From Sphyrna mokarran (Eukaryota): a stretch of 64,000 nt of DNA. The notes below the pieces were generated by a model, which saw nothing but the letters and a program-made list of their open reading frames with translations, was not told the origin of the DNA and did no database searches. Positions 1 to 13,914 of this stretch are shown in pieces. The stretch is from assembly GCA_024679065.1 (NCBI GenBank), contig JAGIQG010000002.1:96348001-96412000 (forward strand), in the 5' to 3' direction. Position 1 is the first letter of the stretch. Every line of letters starts with the position of its first letter. A program made the translations under genes and the position numbers.

Positions 1-1309
1 TCAGCTTGCAGCTTTACTGTGCTACCTCCTAATAGTGATAATTGCTCTCACATTCAGAATCAGTGGGGTAATTTTTATCCCCCAATAATGGGTGAATTGG
101 GGACACGTAGGGAGTAAAAGTATTAAATCTTCAAAAAGGACTGCAAGTCAGCTTCAACACATTTTCAGACATGTTAGAAAGGTGGCAAACTGGGGATTTA
201 ATTATTGCAAGAGGGCAGGTAGTTAGTGGTGCAATTAAGGGCTTTAAGAGATATTAATGACATCTTTGTAAATTGATTTTAACAGCATTCTAAATTTAAC
301 ATGTACTGCATGGGGATCCTAGAGTTTAGGATACCAACTAATGAAGCAGAAGGGATTGAATTGTCATTCGAGTGGCTATTTAAACTTGTCGTTGCCCCAT
401 TTGAATAAAAACTCATTTATTGTAGCTGCTGTCTCTGTTCACCCTGGCAATCATTTTGCAAAAAGTATTTAAGGAGATATAGCATTTTTCAATCTTTCAA
501 ATCGATAGAATCAGGGAGGGAGTTGTGTTTAATGTATTTGATAGCAAAGGTATGGTGGCAGAACGGTATGTTACTGGACTAGTAATCCAGAGAACTGGAC
601 TAATGATCTAGATATGGTGCACTGGAATTTTGCCAATTTAGGAGCCCTTTAAAAATAGCTGGCAGGTCCCAACTCTGAGATTTCCAACCCATTCTCGAGC
701 TTTCTGACTTTCATGGGTGCGGCTAGTTTAGTTTGCTAGCCTGCACCTTGAAATCCTGACTTGACTGGCTCCCTTATGGGGATGGACGTGTCCATAGTTT
801 TCACAACTATGGCCATCTTTTCAAAGATTCATGGCTAATGGCAGCTTGGAGATGTTGTAAACTATAGTCTGAGAGAATCTGTGGAAAGGTAAGTTCTAAA
901 GGACCTCATCATGTTGTGTTTGGCAGGCTATGCCTCTCCACCCATCCCCATGACTCTCACACACCCATGCCAAACTGAAGCAATTCCATGTCATTGATTC
1001 TCTATACACTATATAGAATCAAATAACTTAATAACAACTACAGGATGTATAGGAAGCTGGCATTCATTCATAACTTTCCATTATGTTAAAGAGGAAGTTA
1101 GTTTACTACAGGGCAATAAAACTATCAAGTGTGCCTTCTGAAACAATTTAACAAGTCACTCAGTTGTATCAAACTGTATTGCTGAAGTAAAAAAATAGAT
1201 AATAAGATTAGACAATAATGACCTTGCCACCAGATACAACAAAGAAGCAGCCAGTTCAGTTGACCCTGCAAAGTCCTCCTCACTAACAACAAACACAAGC
1301 CCTGAGGAC

Positions 1310-1585
1310 AAGGAGCAAAAGTAGGTCATTCAATCCCTCAAGCCTGTTCCACCATTCAACAAGATTCTGGCTGATCTCACAGGAAGCTCAAATCTGCATC
1401 CCGCTACCACAATAACCTATCAACCATTTGTTTATCAAGAATCTATCTACCACTATCTTAAAAATATTCAAAAACTCTGCTTGCATCACCTTTTCAGGGT
1501 GAGCGTTCCAAAGATTCATAACCCTCAGAGAAAAATATTTGTCTTAACTCCTTTTTAAATGGGTAACCTGTTGATTTTAAATCAT
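1310..1585 (-). mobile_element. CR1 LINE 3' end fragment
   Basis: Reverse of a typical CR1 3' tail (ggagcaaaagtaggtcattcaatccctcaagcctgttccaccattcaa...gctgatct); same pattern as the copy at 6945 and the reverse of 42840-42915. Confidence 0.65.
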
Positions 1586-1924
1586 GATGTGATGCAGAAT
1601 TTTATCATTTTTGAATCAAATGCTGGCTCAGATGAAAAAATCAGCACACAGCTTGCCAGCTGCATAGCTGGCATTATCCATCAGATAAATCAGCACTTGG
1701 TGCAAAAAGATTAGAAGCATGCCCCATGGTGTCACACTGGAGGGGCAGAGCCAGAAAATCTGACAACATCAGGACTCCCAACTTTTAGGGCACTCTCATC
1801 TCCAATGTCAAAAAAAAAAGTCCCCAAGCAAACAGAGACCCTTCCATACATGTTAATGGACAATCACCAACCCCCCTCATGCCCAATGTCTCTTCCTGTG
1901 AGCCCGCCCTCACAGACACAGGAA

Positions 1925-1950
1925 CCCCCCCCCCCCCCCCCCCCCCCCCC
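1925..1950. repeat. poly-C tract (26 C) inside a degenerate MITE-like element
   Basis: Seen directly; flanked by a short direct repeat cagacacaggaac (1913-1925, 1961-1973). Confidence 0.9.
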
Positions 1951-2269
1951 AATCCCCCGACAGACACAGGAACTACTGCCACCCCAGACAGCTTTGGTAT
2001 TCTCCTTCTGAATGATAACCACCAGAGTTCTGGGTCCAGCTGAAGATAGATTGGAGTGGTTTGTGCCTCCTAATGTGGAATCACTAAAGCTGTCCCTGTC
2101 ACTTCTGAAGACTGTGTCACCAGATGAAAGCTCAATACTTGGCACTGATGGAAGGCTGGACATTGCAGAGACATTCCATCCTCAGAAACATCGGCTTTTC
2201 TCAGGAATTGTCCCCCATCAGAGACTGCTGAAGTCCCAGTCCATGAAATTGAAGGCAAATTATTCATCT

Positions 2270-3580
2270 GATTAGGAAATTGGCTGAACAGTAGTATGCC
2301 AATCAGAAAAATTTAACTCAGAGTGTCCCGCAAGGATCTATGAAGGGACCTCAACTACTCATCATATTTATTAATCCAGATGATAACATTTGATTAAATT
2401 TGCTGGTAACACAAAACATAGACAACATTACATGTTGTGTAGATGGAAGCATAATATTACAAAGAGATAGAAATAGACAGATGAGGATAAAAAGGAGATT
2501 TCAATGTCAGCAAGTACAGGAATCTATACAGTGCAGAAGGAGGCCATTCAGCATATCCAGTCTGCATCGACCATAATTCCACTCAGGCCCTATTTGCGTA
2601 ACCCCATATATTTACCCCACTGACACTACTGTCAATTTAGCAAGGCCAATCAACCTAACCTGCGCATCTTCGGACTGTGGGAGAAAACTGAAGCACTTGG
2701 AAGAAACTCACACAGACACAGGGAGAATATACAAACTCCACACAGACAGTGACGCGAGGCCAGAATTGAACCCAGGTCCCTAGTGCTGTGAGGTAGCAGT
2801 GCTAACACTGTGTCACCGTGCCACAGTACAAGGGAGCAGAAATTCTGCTCCCACTTTGCAAAGCCTTGCTTAGACAATGCCTGGAGTATTCCAAGTGGTT
2901 CTGGGCACGATATATTGGTCTTCAAGAGAGTGCTGTATAGATTTCGGGGTATGATATTTGGATTCCCATAATTAAATTATGAGGAGCTATTATACAAACT
3001 AGAGTTGTATTTCCTACAATGCAGGGTTAATTTGGCAAAAACTTTCACAATATTTAGGAAGTCATGAGACTTATTTGAGGGAAAGTATTGCCTCTATTTG
3101 TGGACCTAGGCGGAGGGGACAAAGTCTAAAATTTAGAGCCAGACCTTTCAGGAGTAAAATTAGGAAGTACCTACAGACACAAAGGATGGAGGAAAAAATG
3201 CTTATAAACTGCACGTGCATGCAGAATGGTGCCATGTAGGGAAACAGCAGGCTCCATACATGCAACATTCCCTGTAAGACACATGCTTGGTCCATGTCAA
3301 TTTCAAAAGGGTTGCAAAGTACAACAAATGACCTATTCACGACAAAATTAGAGGGAATATTGGTAGAAATAGTTTGGAATTTTCTTCTACAAATGACAAT
3401 TGGTGCTAGATCAACTTAAATTTTAAAACGAAGATTCAAAACATTTTGTTACCTAATGTATTGAGAGGTATAGGGAAAAGACAGGGAAATGGATTTAGTT
3501 TTGAGACCAGCCATGATCTCATTGGATGACAGAACAGGAATGTTAAATGGACTATCCTGATCCTATGCCCAATGTTCTGA
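2270..3580 (+). mobile_element. Degenerate CR1 LINE 3' RT region, interrupted by a SINE
   Basis: gtcccgcaaggatct (VPQGS), taaatttgctggtaacacaaaa (KFAGNTK, from KFADDTK), and a CR1 3' tail near 3500-3580. Confidence 0.65.
2519..2824 (-). mobile_element. HE1-type tRNA-derived V-SINE
   Basis: Reverse complement begins ggcacggtgacacagtgttagcactgctacctcacagc with B box gggttcaattc, then the V-domain (gtgtggagtttgtatattctccc...). Possible TSD agtaca at 2513-2518 and 2825-2830. Confidence 0.85.
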
Positions 3581-4681
3581 TGCAACGAAAAGGATTTGAT
3601 ATATCAGAGGACCATGCCACTTTAAATGTCAAAAGCACCCTGACACCCAATGACTACTGACCTCAGTTATGCTGTCCTGAGCATGCAAATCTATCGGAAG
3701 AAAGAGTTCGATCTTTTGGTCTTGCCTATAATTTGTGCAGCATAAATGCAGGCAGGAGTCAGCTGGGACTCTTTAACGACAGCACTGTCTATAATAGTAT
3801 CATCAAGCAGGACATTGGCATAAATCATTTGGCACTTTGCAAAGTGTCACTACTGTCAGCCTCCTTGTGATGTGATCTTTAGTCTTTCAGATCTATAGAC
3901 TGGCATTTGGATCAGCTAAGCACCTTGCACAATGCTTTGCATTTTAAAATCACTTCAGCCAATATGTAAACTTGATTGTAAATATTTGCAAAGCGTTGAC
4001 GTTAAATACTTTAACTATTCAAACATTTACTCTAGCATATCAGCAAAGCAAACTTCCACAACATTACTGTCTAATAAGGTTCATATACCACTTGTAAAAT
4101 GTTTTATCTTGTTGAATCTTATCTACTCAGAAATTCATTATAGAGCCAAAGAGTTTAACTCCTAAAATACTGAATGATAAAATAATTTAAAATCCCTCAA
4201 AATATTTCATTTGATTGGAACAAATGCACAACTTGTTATATTTTCTGAATAGATTTCAAACAATAATCTTCAACATTTTATATTTGTGAAATTAATATTA
4301 AGTTTGTCTTCCTCCTGTGTATTTTTTTTGATTGTTGTTTTGTAAGAAACCATCACAAATAATTTTCAACGTGTAGGGCTTTGAAATGTTGCAACATTGT
4401 AATTTGTTATATAAATGCAGGTATTATTTATTAGCATTGAAGCAGAAGTGTTTGCTAATCTATACTGAATAGCATTCAAATCATTTCATTAACCTTTTGT
4501 TAAAAGCACAATGGGACTGTCCATTTATACACAATAGGACATTGAGAACAAGCAAATAAATGTGAATGTGCGTGTCCTTTGTAAACTTTGCAACAAAGAT
4601 ATGCTATTACAGAAGCAGAATGTTGCAGATGCTGGAAATCTTAAATAAAAATAGATAATACTCAGCAAGTCAGGCAACAAT

Positions 4682-5468
4682 TTGATTTTCAAGTTTGCTG
4701 AAGACACATGGGTCGGATCTCAAACAATGACAAGACAGAGTACAGGAATGAGATAGAAAACCTGATGAACTGGTGCGGCAACAATAATCTCTCCTTCAAT
4801 GTCAACAAAATGAAGGAGATTGTCATCGACTTTAGGAAGTGTAAAGAAGAACATGCCCCTGTCTACATCAATGGGAACGAAGTAGAAAGGGCCAAGAGCT
4901 TCAGATTTTTAGGTGTCCAGATCATCAACAATCCGCCCTGGGCCCTCATGTCGACAGTCGAGTTAAGAAAGCCCACGAACTCCTTTACTTTCTCAGAAGA
5001 CTAAGGAAATTTGGCATGTCAACTATGATTCTCACCAATCTTTACAAATGCACTATAGAAAACATTCTTTCTAGTTGTATCACAGCTTAGTATGGCTCCT
5101 GCTCTGCAAGGAACTACAAAAGATCGTGAATAGAGCTCAATCCATCACACAAACCAGTCTCCCATCCATTGACTTTGTCTAGACTTCCTGTTGCCTCGGC
5201 AAAACAGCCAACATAATTAAGGACCTCATGCACCCTGAACATTCTCTCTTCCATCTTCTTCCATCTGGAACAAGATGGAAAAGTCTGAGGTCACGTACTA
5301 ACCGACTCAAGAACAACATCTTCCCTGCTGCTATCAGATTTTGAATGGACTTACCTTGCATTAAGGTGATCTTTCTCTATACCCTAGCTATGACTGTAAC
5401 ACTACATTCTGCACTCCCTCTGTCTGTATAGCGCGATAGAAATAACACTTTTCACTTTATGTTAATAA
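4682..5468 (+). mobile_element. Rex1/Babar LINE, 5'-truncated RT 3' fragment
   Basis: KFAEDT followed by ORF 4708-5004 GRISNNDKTEYRNEIENLMNWCGNNNLSFNVNKMKEIVIDFRK, a Rex1 RT C-terminal signature. Inserted into a short Penelope-related repeat (4610-4680 and 5470-5510). Confidence 0.85.
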
Positions 5469-5475
5469 GATGCAG

Positions 5476-5510
5476 AATTAACATTTCAAATCAATGGCCC
5501 CTCATCAGAA
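5476..5510 (-). ncRNA. Degenerate minimal hammerhead ribozyme motif (Penelope-related short repeat)
   Basis: Minus strand reads ttCTGATGAggggccattgatttGAAAtgTTaat; core boxes are present but helix II and III are decayed. Confidence 0.4.
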
Positions 5511-6944
5511 TATATTATCAATTCTGTGTCCACAATTCTTTTGTCAAATTGAACTTCTCAAAAGTTATATCTCTGTAATCAATGCCAGAACTTTATAAGA
5601 ATGAGCACATTATTTTCATGTAATTCTGCACCTCCAACATTAGATATACATTGTGTTACTGCACCTCAGGTATTGCATAGCTATTGTTCTACGTTAGAAG
5701 TAGTCTTTTCACATGTGCTATTCAGTTCTTCCTGATAAAAGCTGGTAATTTTTCCTGAAAAGTGGTCAGCATAATGGTATATATGATCCACAACAATATA
5801 TGGTTGGGGGTGAAATATAGACAAGAATTCAGACTCTTGTTGGCAGGGACTATGTATACAAATAATAACTAACTGACAAAAATTCCTTGTGGATATCTAG
5901 AAAGAAGGTGAAAAATGGTAATATAAACAAGAGGAAAAACACATCATATACTAGAAGTCCATAATTCTAAGGTCAGAATTTTCCATTTAAACTGTATTGA
6001 GCTAGATAATAAAACTAACTCAAAGTCTTAACTTGTTTTGTAATGTTGTCATAGAATTATACTGTTAAAATTACTGTACAATTTTTCTTCAAGTAGAAAA
6101 GATTAGAACTTACATGGATATTTCATTCTGTCTATCAATATATTCAAACTTAATTTTTAGGCTTGCAGTTGGTGATGGCTTTTTCAGTACTATCTCATTT
6201 CATTACAGAGGTGAAGGAGTTTTAAGGTTTGCAGCATTTTAGTCAAATTGATGATACTCTTTTCATCATTATTTTATCTCAACCTTAACTTTTGACCTCT
6301 CTACCACAATTATTTTCTCTATATATTTCTCTCTCACTACAGTATTTCTCTTTTCTACACGTTATTCTCTCACAGATTGAAACCTTTCACCATAAACTAT
6401 TTTCTGGTTCTTTTTGACTCATCCTCCTTTTGCTCCAATTCCTTACCCAGACATGTTTACCTTGCTTCTTTCTCATTATCCCGGAATCTTTTTAAATTTT
6501 CTTTCTTTTCTGAATTATTTTCATTTTTATCTTCCTCGGTATACTTTTGTGACTCTTCCACTATGGTTATTTCTGTGCCCTCTTTCATGCTTCATCTTTT
6601 TAATTCTGTAACCATTCAAACACAACAGCCATTTCATATGAACATAAAAGAGAGACTTTTTCACAAATTGTACAACTTATCGCTAAGACATTCACATTCT
6701 TTTCTCCTTCTGTTTGCCTGAACGCCATGTAATTTGGGTTCTGCTGAGAACTGAGATTTGCTGTAACCATGTGTCCAGGCCAGATTTCAGGTCTTGCACT
6801 ATTTGACAGTTTTGTTGAATTCTACAAAGAGAATGAGCATTTGGCAAAACTTGCTTTTCTTCCCTCCATAAAATTCCTCATTCAAATCTGAGGAATGCAA
6901 TGGGAATGCCCTTAGTGATAGTTAACCTGCTGCAGGAAATATAA

Positions 6945-7560
6945 GGGCACAGGAACAACAGTAGAACATTTCAGTCCTTTTAACCTGCTCCAATATTCTA
7001 TGAGATTACATCTAATCTGTATCTTTCTGTACATCTACTCTATTTATCCTCCATTGTTCCATATCCCTACCCTTAACTAACAAAAGTCTATCAATTTAAG
7101 TCTTGAAAATTTCAATTGATCCAGTATGCACAACCTTTCCATTACCTTGCTGTGAAAAAAAAGCTTCTTGATTTCACTTCTGAATGGTCTGGCTCAAATT
7201 TTAGGGCTGTGCCTTTGGCTCTAGAGTGCTCCAACAGAGGAAATAGTTGCTCTGAATATACACTATCAAATCTCTTTATTAATTTAAACATCTTAATTAC
7301 ATCATCCCTTGCTTCCATACTCAAAGGAATATAACCAACTTGAATAAATGGTTGTAACACTATATTTTACACCCTCTCCTTTCCTTCTCCTCATATACTC
7401 TATGAAAGGTATGCTCTGTATAACATGCGAGAAACAATACTTTTCACTATAACTAATATGACAATAATAAATCAAATAAATCAAACTGTCCTTATAATTT
7501 GATCCTTTAAATCCTGTGGTATCATTCTGGTGATGTCACCAAGACTTGTAGTATTGATTT
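6945..7560 (-). mobile_element. CR1 LINE 3' fragment with a nested Rex1 3' tail (about 7350-7486, +)
   Basis: ORF 7142-7360 has RDDVIKMFKLIKRFDSVYSEQLFPL...SRSFFFTAR (CR1 C-terminus). The nested piece ends aataataaatcaaataaatcaaa, like the Rex1 copy at 38860. Confidence 0.75.
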
Positions 7561-10500
7561 TGAGAAAAATAATGGTATAATGTAATGTTTCCAAGAAATA
7601 TGATAACTTTGTCTCACTGAATTCATGTGTGTTTGGCATGTCTGCCTAAATCAGCACGGTGTACTCCTAAATGCATAGTGTACTCAGAAGGGCATTCAAT
7701 CTAATGCTTTAAAACTTCACAAAGCTGTTCCCTTCTTACAAATGCAATGTAGCAAGTGATGATCCAGTTTTTTTAACTATAATTTTTAAGTGAATTAAAC
7801 CCACTCTTTTTATTAAGATCACTATGAGGGAAATTTATAAATCCTATTGGCCACCCATTCACTTACCTCAATAAACTGATAAACTGCTCTTAATACAAGC
7901 ACAAAGCATGTATGATAGATGAGAGAAAGTTTAGTTAAGCAAATTGAGGTGTTATGCCACTTTTAGGTTCCCAAATGCAAATTTTAAACAAAGATAGATA
8001 GAACAAGAGAGGCATATGTCAATCCTGTTTCTCTCTGCATTGAAAAGCCTGATCAATCCTTAAAGGAATCACTTGAATTTCTAGTTTTTATAAAAAATAT
8101 TGTTGTGAGACTAGGAAGATTGTTTCCCTGAGCATCATAGAAATCTTCTAACTGATAGTTTGTTCCCAAAACAATCTTCCTCTCTGCGATACACTAACCT
8201 GCACTCTCCAGCAGATCTTATCCACCTGCTGACCGTCTGCTACACCTGGCTGATTTTCCACCAGCAAGCTGCAGCAGGGCTCTGATGCTCGTTGAATGCT
8301 CAGAGTTTGGTGGTGTTATGTTAATGAAACCCTTATCTGAAGCCCTGACCTTTCAGACTCAGAGGAGGGAATGCTATAATTAAAAGGCTCACTCCCACAT
8401 AGATTGGGATAGAAACAGAAAATACTGGAAACACTCAACAAGTCAGACAATATCTGTGAAGAAACATGGGAGTTAATGTTTCATGCAAAGATCCTGTGTC
8501 AAAACAACAGGCTAGCAGTTGTAATTGGAACAGATGACCATTAAGAATGCCCTGTGGGGCATTCTCCATTGTACACACAACAGAAGCTACACGTAGATGG
8601 AGCACCTTAAACATTTTGATCTCAGTGGTTTAAAGGTTCTCCTCTTGAACCAATTCTGAGGATTATACATAATAAATCACTGGGATTACACCATTACTAT
8701 TTCTTATTATTTACTCACCTTTGAATGCTGTTTGTTAATCATACCATGTGTAGGCTGAGAAAATTACGGGTTCTACAACAGTAAGTTAATGAATGTGTTT
8801 TATGAATGCCAAATAGCAGATATCAGGAAACAAGAGCAGCCCTGGTCATTTAACTGATGCTACTCATATGTAAAACAACACCACACTGCATTTGTTTTAA
8901 TCTTTTAGTTTTGTGATCTAAGCACATCTTCTTATTCCAATGCATTCAAAAGCTGTGAAATTCAAGCTGCTAAATCCTCCGGGGCTTTGGATCAGACAAG
9001 GAACATTAAGGGAAACTATTTCCTTGCGAATGATTATTCCTCCTCATGAGAAAAAACAGCAATCAGAATAGGTATTGATTCACATGCATATTGAAAGATG
9101 CGAAAAGTAGAAAAAAGATTACAAGGAAAAACTTGTTTGGTAGAATTGCATCCTGAATTATTTCATTAGCCTGTAATTTTCACAATTTTGACCATGTTTG
9201 GAGTCATGACTCCACCATCCCAGGTTCAGGTGTCATTGATTGGCTGTCGACAGATAAACCAGCAGACTTTGGCAGACAGGCGGCCAATTGCCATATCACT
9301 CAACAAGCACTAACGGCAGATTATTTGGACACCCACTTGCCCTCTATTTATAGTTTAAATACAGATTCTATTTTAACATAAAAATAACCAATAAACCTAT
9401 TGATTATTTTTAAATGCAAACTTAATGGTCAAAACATTTGATGCTGATGTTTCTCTTTAAAAAACACATTCTGTAGGCCAGTACACAATAAGGAAAATCA
9501 GGTGGGGGTTCCTGGGTGTGAGTTGAGAAAATGACAAAAAGCTGAAAACCCCATTAAAGCCACTTGGCCTTTCTGATAATTTAAAATTAATGAACTGAGA
9601 ATTTCAGTTCCATTATGAGCACATGTTGCTGAAGTGTGAATCCAAGAGTTGCATTGATAAGGTGCAAGTATAAACTAGAAATTATTAGCTACTCAAGTGT
9701 ATTATTAGAAGGGCAAGGATGCCACAGATGTCACAGAAAAATTTCATATGAAAGTGGAAGTCAATTTGATTGTCAGCCTGTGCCTTGAATTTGAGTTAGA
9801 TCATATTCTAAGCTGTAAAAGAATATCTAGTGTTACACCTACTGTTTAGTACATTAGGAGTTTTGTGGTGAAAAATTCCAGAATGCCACCCCTATTGTGG
9901 TTTTGTGAGCCTGTTCCGAGTTCATCTTCATTCACAATACACCAAACTTCAGCTGCATCCAACTCAGAATCCTCTGAATCTGCTAACCCACAACCCTGGC
10001 AACATTGTTTTTTTCCCACAGGTGTTCTGGTACATACAATGTCATGTCAGCCTGAAGCTTTCCCACAATCTCTGCCTTATTTACTTACCACCCATGATGT
10101 TCTGGTCTAAGTGATGAAGGAAAGCAAAGAGAAATTGAGAGAGAGAAAAACCAAGAGAAGGGAACCACTTAGAGAGAAAAAGAATGAAGAAAAACAAAGG
10201 GACAGAATAACACAAAGGAAGGAAGGGAATTAGGAGTACAAAGGTGAAAGGGAGGTAGAGCAACACAGAAAAACAGAGGAAACTGAAATAGAAGATAGCA
10301 AAATGCAGAACATCAGGTAAAAAGAGAAAAGAGCAGCACTCTGAAAATGCCACAGTTGAAAGGAAGATACCTCCAATTTGTTTTGGCAGTGCTATTGAAA
10401 ATTCATTAGTGTATATGTAAATATATATCTATAATCAAATAAATATGTGAGCCTTGCATTTCTTTGACAAATGCGTGGAACCATTTCAACTGGGATTTTT

Positions 10501-11619
10501 ATGTTGAAACAACTACAAGTAGCTGTGGCATTTTCCTGTGCTACTACATTATGGTCCATCAGTAATTGACACTCTCATGGGAATCTCCAGACTAATTTTG
10601 ATACTTAAGTAATGCCTGTTAATTCTTCCTGTTGAAGCAAATTATCTTTCACCCATTCAGATCTAGCCTCTTCTTTGTCCAATCGTCCATTTTGAGGCAT
10701 TATTGATCTTTCTTTATGTTATCAGTTCTGCTCTCTCATGCCCCAGGCCTTCATTGTCGGATCAAATTCTTGCTCATCTCAGCTACGTTTCATGAGCAAG
10801 CTCTCTCCCAGGCTTCACTTTTCTCTTCAGTGTATTGATGTCGTCAATTACATCAGTGCAGATGCATTTCTGGACTCTAGTTCTACTCCAGAAATGTTTG
10901 ATTCTCTTCTCCACCAACATCCTTTTGATCCCTGGTACCCCTCCACCAACCCGGCCCCTAATTCTCCTTTGTACTGCATTCCCCCTTTCCTCTCCTTGAC
11001 CTTTATTCCTACTTTACTGACTCCATGCCCTTCCCTCTCCTATCATCTTGTTTAGTTCTCTGTCATCAATGTTTTCCCTTCATCTTAGTTCAATTATTCT
11101 TTACCCCTATAAATGTTCTTTGAGAATAAAATCCAGTCATAAAAGACCTTGCATTTATATAATACCATTAACAACCTCATGAAATCCCCAATTACTTCAC
11201 AGCCTATGAAATCCACCTGAAACCTACACCTGACCATCACACCCCATTTGCGATGCCACGATAGATGAAATATTCACATATTAAATCTTGCATTTGGCTC
11301 GCACTTCCACTTTTTCATGTTTACTGCAATAGCATCAAGCTTTTAGTATCATGCATTCACTTGTAAATTTTGTTGAGTAGCCAAAAGCAAAATAATTACT
11401 GAAATCAGAAAACTATCAATACAAAATCATTAAGATCCTTTGAAATCAAATAATTCTGAATATTCAAACAATGAAACTCACTAATAAACATTGTGCATTG
11501 ATAAATGAATTGAATTGGATATTATCTCTCCAGAATTGGCACAAACATGCATGTGATTCAAAGGGACCACAGGTAGTTTGGGTTCCATTCTCTCATGAGT
11601 CCTCTCTCCCGCAGGTTTT

Positions 11620-12300
11620 AGCACCAGCCTTGGTTCATTGATAGTGCTCTTACCTCTGAGTCAGTAAATCGTGTTCAGACTCTGCTCGAGACATTCAACC
11701 ATAAAATTTAGGTTGATACTTTTAGTCCAATACTCAGGGAATGCTACACTGTCAGAGCTGGCATCCTTTCTATGAGAAAAATTAATTTATTTGTTGTTGT
11801 GTTGGAAGAAATACTGGTGTTCTTAGCTCTTAATCAACACCACCAAAACCTGATCATAAGGGGCAGCATGGTGGCACAGTGGTTAGCACTCCTGCCTCAC
11901 AATGCCAGAACCTCAGGTTCAGTTCTGGCCTTGGGTAACTGTCTGTGTGGAGTTTGCATATTCCACCCCTACCTGGGTTTCCTTCAGGTGCCCCAGTTTC
12001 CTCACAAGTCCAAAGATGTGTGGATTAGATTAATTGATCATGCTAAATTGACCTTGCTGTCAAGGGGATTAGGACTGTAAATATGTGGGGCTAAGGGGCT
12101 GGAATCTGGATGGGATTGTTGTCGGCACAGACTCAATGGGCCAAATGCCGCCTTCTGCACTGCAGATTCTACGATTCAGAGGGCAAACTTTTAGAACAAT
12201 AAGAATCTATCCTCTCTATGATTTGTATGCCTGTTGCTTGGAGGATCTTGCTGTATGAAAATTGGTTCCTGCATCTGACTCCACAACATTGGGGATTATT
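11620..12300 (+). mobile_element. Old Deu-type/L2-partner tRNA SINE relic split by an HE1 SINE
   Basis: Head ttggttcattgatagtgctcttacctctgagtcag and core tccaatactcagggaatgctacactgtcagagctggcatcctttc; resumes near 12235 (ggaggatcttgctgtatgaaaattggt). Confidence 0.5.
11861..12177 (+). mobile_element. HE1-type V-SINE, full length
   Basis: gggcagcatggtggcacagtggttagcact (A box), ggttcagttc (B box), V-domain, and CR1-like tail ccttctgcactgcagattctacgattc. Confidence 0.9.
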
Positions 12301-12415
12301 GTGCCTTTAATAAATATATTTTCAATCATGTTCTCTGCAGTTTGTACGTAGGCCTTTTTTTTGGTATTGGCCCTGCGCTATCTGAACTGATGTCCTTTTA
12401 TTGTTGCTAAGGTAA

Positions 12416-13386
12416 TATAATGGGCATTTTGTTTATTTTTAACCTGGGCCTAATGCAGTGTCCTGGAATTTTATGACCCTTCTTGAATTGTTGGGGGGAG
12501 GGGGGAGAATGATTGGCAGGTTAAGTAGGACAGTTTTTTCATAGGGAAAAATCCAGTGATTTCTTTCAGTTTGGCAGAAGCTTGTTAGATTTCTAGGCTG
12601 AAAGTAGCATATTGTGTTTCTCCCTGGTATTGGAAATTCTGCTGACTAGTTAGAAGTTGTTTGGCTATATACTGGAAGCAGTCTTTTTTGTCTCTCTTGA
12701 GTGAAAATTTTGCTATCGGTGGTTTTGCTAGCTAGAATGCAGATGGGGATGTCTTCCGAGTCTGAAAGAAGTACTAGTTAGGTGCATTAGTCATGCTAAA
12801 TTCTCCCTCAGTGTACCCGAACAGGCATAAAAGTGTAGGGACTAGGGGATTTTCACAATAACTTCATTGCAGTGTTAATGTAAACCTACTTGTGACACTA
12901 ATAAACTTTACCGTTATTTTACCATTAGAAGCTAGACATAAGCAGTGGCTCTATTTCTTCCTCAAGTTGTGCTGGGAGCTCCAGGATGGGAAAGTCAGAG
13001 TTTTAATTCTCCATCCAAAGGACTAATTCATAGCAAGGGTTGCAAATTTGCAATACCCAGCATCATACGAGCATATTATCAATGCCAACCCTAGAACAGG
13101 GCATATACGTTTGTAGGGTGTTAGCATTGGAACAATATATTTAACTGTTAAGATATACACGATATCTTTTTTTATTGATTTGAATTTGTGAAAATTATTG
13201 CTAATTGTCTTATTATATGCGAACTGTATTCTTAAATAAACTTTGTTTGATAAAGGTTCTCTAGTGATTCATTTGAATCATACCTGAAGTGAAACATCTA
13301 ATGGTTATCTATGCCAAATTCAAATTCCAAATATATGATCTAGACTGACTTCATGAAAAAGCTTGGAGTTTCTGACCTGCTTTACA
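12416..13386 (+). mobile_element. Probable degenerate solo LTR with a nested SINE 3' piece
   Basis: AATAAA at about 13236 followed by a U5-like tract ending gacctgctttaca; left boundary is uncertain and I see no clear TSD. Confidence 0.4.
12777..12910 (+). mobile_element. 5'-truncated V-SINE subfamily fragment
   Basis: gttaggtgcattagtcatgctaaattctccctcagtgtacccgaacagg...cctacttgtgacactaataaacttta. Confidence 0.7.
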
Positions 13387-13914
13387 TCAGGCTACACGGA
13401 GGCTTGCAGCCTTGTGGCTGCAATCAGCTCCCAAGAACGGTCTGGAACAGAAACAAGAGCTCATGAGGCTGATCTCCACCCTGTTCTCCAATTAGTTCCC
13501 ATGTCATGTGACTCTTATTCGGTAGATTGATCCTTAAAAGGACAACAATCACAGGTATGCACCAATTTGAAAAAAAGGTTAATTTTTCTTTATTTAAAAT
13601 GGCATGGAAAATTTATTAATTAGCACCATTTTCACATCTCATCCATTGTGACTCAAGTGCCAACATGCACTTTCAGTTCTTTCATGATGAATGTTAATAC
13701 ATGGCACCATTTGGGCTGATGTGAAAGGGGTGTATTCTTGGTTTAGTGTAAAGGGAGGAATGGTGTTTGGTCTTGTTGGTGACTTTTAGTTATTATTGGT
13801 TACAATTGGAATAATTAATTCAATCTCTTAGCTAAGAGGATATCCTTGGCACCTGGGCTGGCATGTATACAGCTGGTCTGGTGATGGATGTCCCATCTTT
13901 ATCTCTCTCCCTCC

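Noticed and set aside
1785-2163. Poly-Pro and poly-Gly ORFs
   Set aside because: Artefacts of a 26-nt poly-C tract in a decayed MITE-like element.
6290-6720. Phe/Ser/Leu-rich ORFs (also 10081-10353 and 14677-14989)
   Set aside because: Low-complexity polypyrimidine/polypurine tracts.
8719-8754. 36-bp minus-strand micro-exon candidate (PTHGMINKQHSK) with good splice signals
   Set aside because: No recognisable homology or partner exons; expected by chance.
11861-11930. tRNA gene candidates at SINE heads
   Set aside because: A and B boxes run directly into the V-domain and LINE tail; no complete cloverleaf.
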